Assembly (NCBI GenBank): GCA_963745025.1
Contig: CAVUWD010000011.1
Location: 544,001-608,000, forward strand
DNA from: an uncultured delta proteobacterium
GTDB taxonomy: Bacteria; Desulfobacterota; Binatia; JACPRU01
DNA length: 64,000 nucleotides
Direction of reading: 5' to 3'
Below, one piece after another: positions 62,013-64,000 of the stretch (its first letter is position 1; each line of letters begins with the position of its first letter). Both the position numbers and the translations under genes were made by a program. Under the pieces are notes generated by a model, which was not told where the DNA came from, did not search any database, and saw nothing but the letters and a program-made list of their open reading frames with translations.

Positions 62013-63259
62013 TCCAGCATGAGGTTCACCACCTGGCCGATCTTCTCGGTCGACAGGGGCTCGGTGTGGAGGCCGGCGAAGAAACCGCGGCGACCGATCT
62101 CCTCTGCGCCGGGGAACTCGCGTGGATCGCACTGGATGCCAAGAAGCTCGAGCGCGGGCTGGCGCGTGAAGTTACCGCTGATCACCGGCCGATTCTCGAT
62201 CCCGGAAGCGGAGAGGTATCGCAAGTATCGGCCGCAGTGGTGCGCGATCTTCGGCCCGAGCAGCGCGGCGAACCCGAACCAGACCGGCTCGATGTCCTTT
62301 GGCGCTACGGGGAATTGCAATTGACCCTCCCATTTCGGGTGCGCCTCGAACGCCGAAATGATGCGCGAACGATTCGCGTTGCGGATCTCGTTCATGTGCG
62401 CGAGGCGATCCAACTGGCAATGACCGAAGGCGGCCTGCACCTCGAGCGGCCGCAAATTGTACCCCACGTTCACAAATAGAAAACGCGGATCGATCTCTCG
62501 GTTCGCCCGTTCGATTTCTTCGCGGTCCGACAACTCGCGCGACCAGCCGTGTGCGCGCAGACATTTCAGCAAATCGTAATCCTCGAGGCTTCCGCAGACG
62601 ACCATACCGCCTTCGCCGGTGGTGATGTGGTGCGAATAGTAGAACGAGTAAGAGCCGAAATCCCCGAGCGTGCCGAGATACTGGTCCCGGAAGCGCGTGC
62701 CGAGCGATTCGCAGGTATCTTCGATCAGCAGCAATCCGTGGTCCCGGACGAGCTTCACGACGTCCGCCATCGGCGCCGCGTTGCCGAGGATGTGAACCGC
62801 CATCACGCCACGGGTCTTCTTCGTGATCTTCCGGCGGAGATCTTCCAAGTCCATGTTGAGCGTCTCGGGCGACGCATCGACGAACACGGGTTTGAGTCCC
62901 ATCTGGACAATCGGCCAGAGCGACGTCGACCAGCAGACCGCCGGAATCAAGACCTCGTCGCCAGGCTCTAGCCGTCGCTTGCGAGCGGGATTGCTCGCGG
63001 CGGCGAGCGCGAGAAGGTTGGCCGAGGAACCGGAATTGACCATGACGGCGTACTTGGCGCCGACGATTTCCGCGAAGCGCCTTTCGAAGCTGCGCACCTG
63101 CTCGGCTAGAGTGAGGCGACCGCTCAGCAGCGCGTCGACGGTGGCGATGATTTCGCGGTCATCGAAGCTCTGGCTGATCAGCGGAAAGAAGCCCTGCGGC
63201 TCGTCGGTACGGCGACGCCGGTTCCACTCGTCGCGGATGACTTGCTTCCAGTCGGCCAT
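61997..63259 (-). CDS. DegT/DnrJ family PLP enzyme, ColD/RfbH-like NDP-4-keto-6-deoxyhexose 3-dehydratase
   Basis: VNSGSSANLL, EDTCES, SFYYSHHITTGEGG (His at the usual Lys position), RAHGW, GYNLRP. Confidence 0.85.
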   Translation of the reverse strand: MADWKQVIRDEWNRRRRTDEPQGFFPLISQSFDDREIIATVDALLSGRLTLAEQVRSFERRFAEIVGAKYAVMVNSGSSANLLALAAASNPARKRRLEPGDEVLIPAVCWSTSLWPIVQMGLKPVFVDASPETLNMDLEDLRRKITKKTRGVMAVHILGNAAPMADVVKLVRDHGLLLIEDTCESLGTRFRDQYLGTLGDFGSYSFYYSHHITTGEGGMVVCGSLEDYDLLKCLRAHGWSRELSDREEIERANREIDPRFLFVNVGYNLRPLEVQAAFGHCQLDRLAHMNEIRNANRSRIISAFEAHPKWEGQLQFPVAPKDIEPVWFGFAALLGPKIAHHCGRYLRYLSASGIENRPVISGNFTRQPALELLGIQCDPREFPGAEEIGRRGFFAGLHTEPLSTEKIGQVVNLMLDHDFD

Positions 63260-63264
63260 GCGGT

Positions 63265-64000
63265 TCAACCCTTCTCGCGCAGCAACCGGCGCCTTAGAAA
63301 GTAAATGTTGAGGAGGCCGGTGAGCGCATTCTTGATCTCCTGAAAGTTCACCGAGCTTTCGCCGCGCATGCGATTGACGAAAACGGTGGGCACCTCGCCC
63401 ACGCGAAATCCTCGATAGTGGAGGTTCACGAGAATCTCGCTGAGCGCGATGAAGCCCTTGCCTTCTTTGCCGCAGGTCTCAACGATCAACCGGGCCGCGC
63501 GCAACGAGTACACGCGATACCCATTCGTGTAATCCGCGAGCGGTACGCCGAGAACGGCCCGCGCGAGCAGGTTCGAGCATTTCGAGAAGGTACGACGGGA
63601 CAGTGGCCAGTTGCGGATCTCGCTCTGGGGAAGATAACGGCTGGCGACGAGGAGATCGAATCGGCGCTCGCCAGCTTCACGTAGCAAGTCTGGAATCTGC
63701 GACGGCGGATGGGAGAAATCCGCGTCCATTTCCAAGATCTGCGAGCAGCCTTGATCGAGCAGTTGCCGAATCCCTTCGAGAACGGCGGAGCCCCGCCCGC
63801 CTTTCGCGCCGCGATGAGTCACCGTGACTCGAGCGAGACCGAGCCGTTCGACGGCGTCCTTGGTGGCGAGATCGGGGGAATCGTCGACGACGGCGATTCG
63901 GGCTTCGGGCACGAACGTTAGAATCTCGCGGATCAGCCTGCCGATGTTGTCGGCTTCCTTGTAGCTGGGGATCACGACACCGACGAGGTTCGTTGGACTG
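63265..64000 (-). CDS. Polyprenol-phosphate glycosyltransferase (GT2, Dpm1-like), 5' end outside window
   Basis: VVIPSYKE, VVDDSP, MDADFSHPP, ASRY, RMRGESS. Confidence 0.88.
   Translation of the reverse strand, partial: SPTNLVGVVIPSYKEADNIGRLIREILTFVPEARIAVVDDSPDLATKDAVERLGLARVTVTHRGAKGGRGSAVLEGIRQLLDQGCSQILEMDADFSHPPSQIPDLLREAGERRFDLLVASRYLPQSEIRNWPLSRRTFSKCSNLLARAVLGVPLADYTNGYRVYSLRAARLIVETCGKEGKGFIALSEILVNLHYRGFRVGEVPTVFVNRMRGESSVNFQEIKNALTGLLNIYFLRRRLLREKG

Overview
High-GC bacterial chromosomal segment. Gene content resembles Binatia/Deltaproteobacteria-type metagenomic bins (inference only). No rRNA, tRNA, CRISPR array or transposase was seen. From left to right: the end of a sugar ABC/discoidin-protein operon; assorted catabolic enzymes; a GAF-sigma54 activator with a small target operon; a VWA-PspA-membrane operon; a UvrD/HelD-like helicase; two paralogous double-receiver proteins flanking a B12 radical-SAM gene and a kinase lacking its H-box His; a CxxCH beta-barrel/cupredoxin/two-component module; mgtE; and a ~15 kb K+ homeostasis locus. 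That locus holds kdpFABC, a KdpD-PAS kinase paired with a sigma54 activator instead of KdpE, a porin, four P-II copies, HPr and an EIIA fragment, with three sigma54 promoters sharing one upstream motif. The window ends with cysK, preceded by an unannotated 53-aa double-glycine-leader peptide gene with its own promoter, and cell-envelope glycosylation genes. Several conserved genes carry clustered single-base frameshifts, probably long-read errors. Best leads: the sigma54 Kdp/P-II/porin/PTS regulon and the orphan RiPP-like precursor. All calls were made by eye from translations and motifs; no database searches were run.
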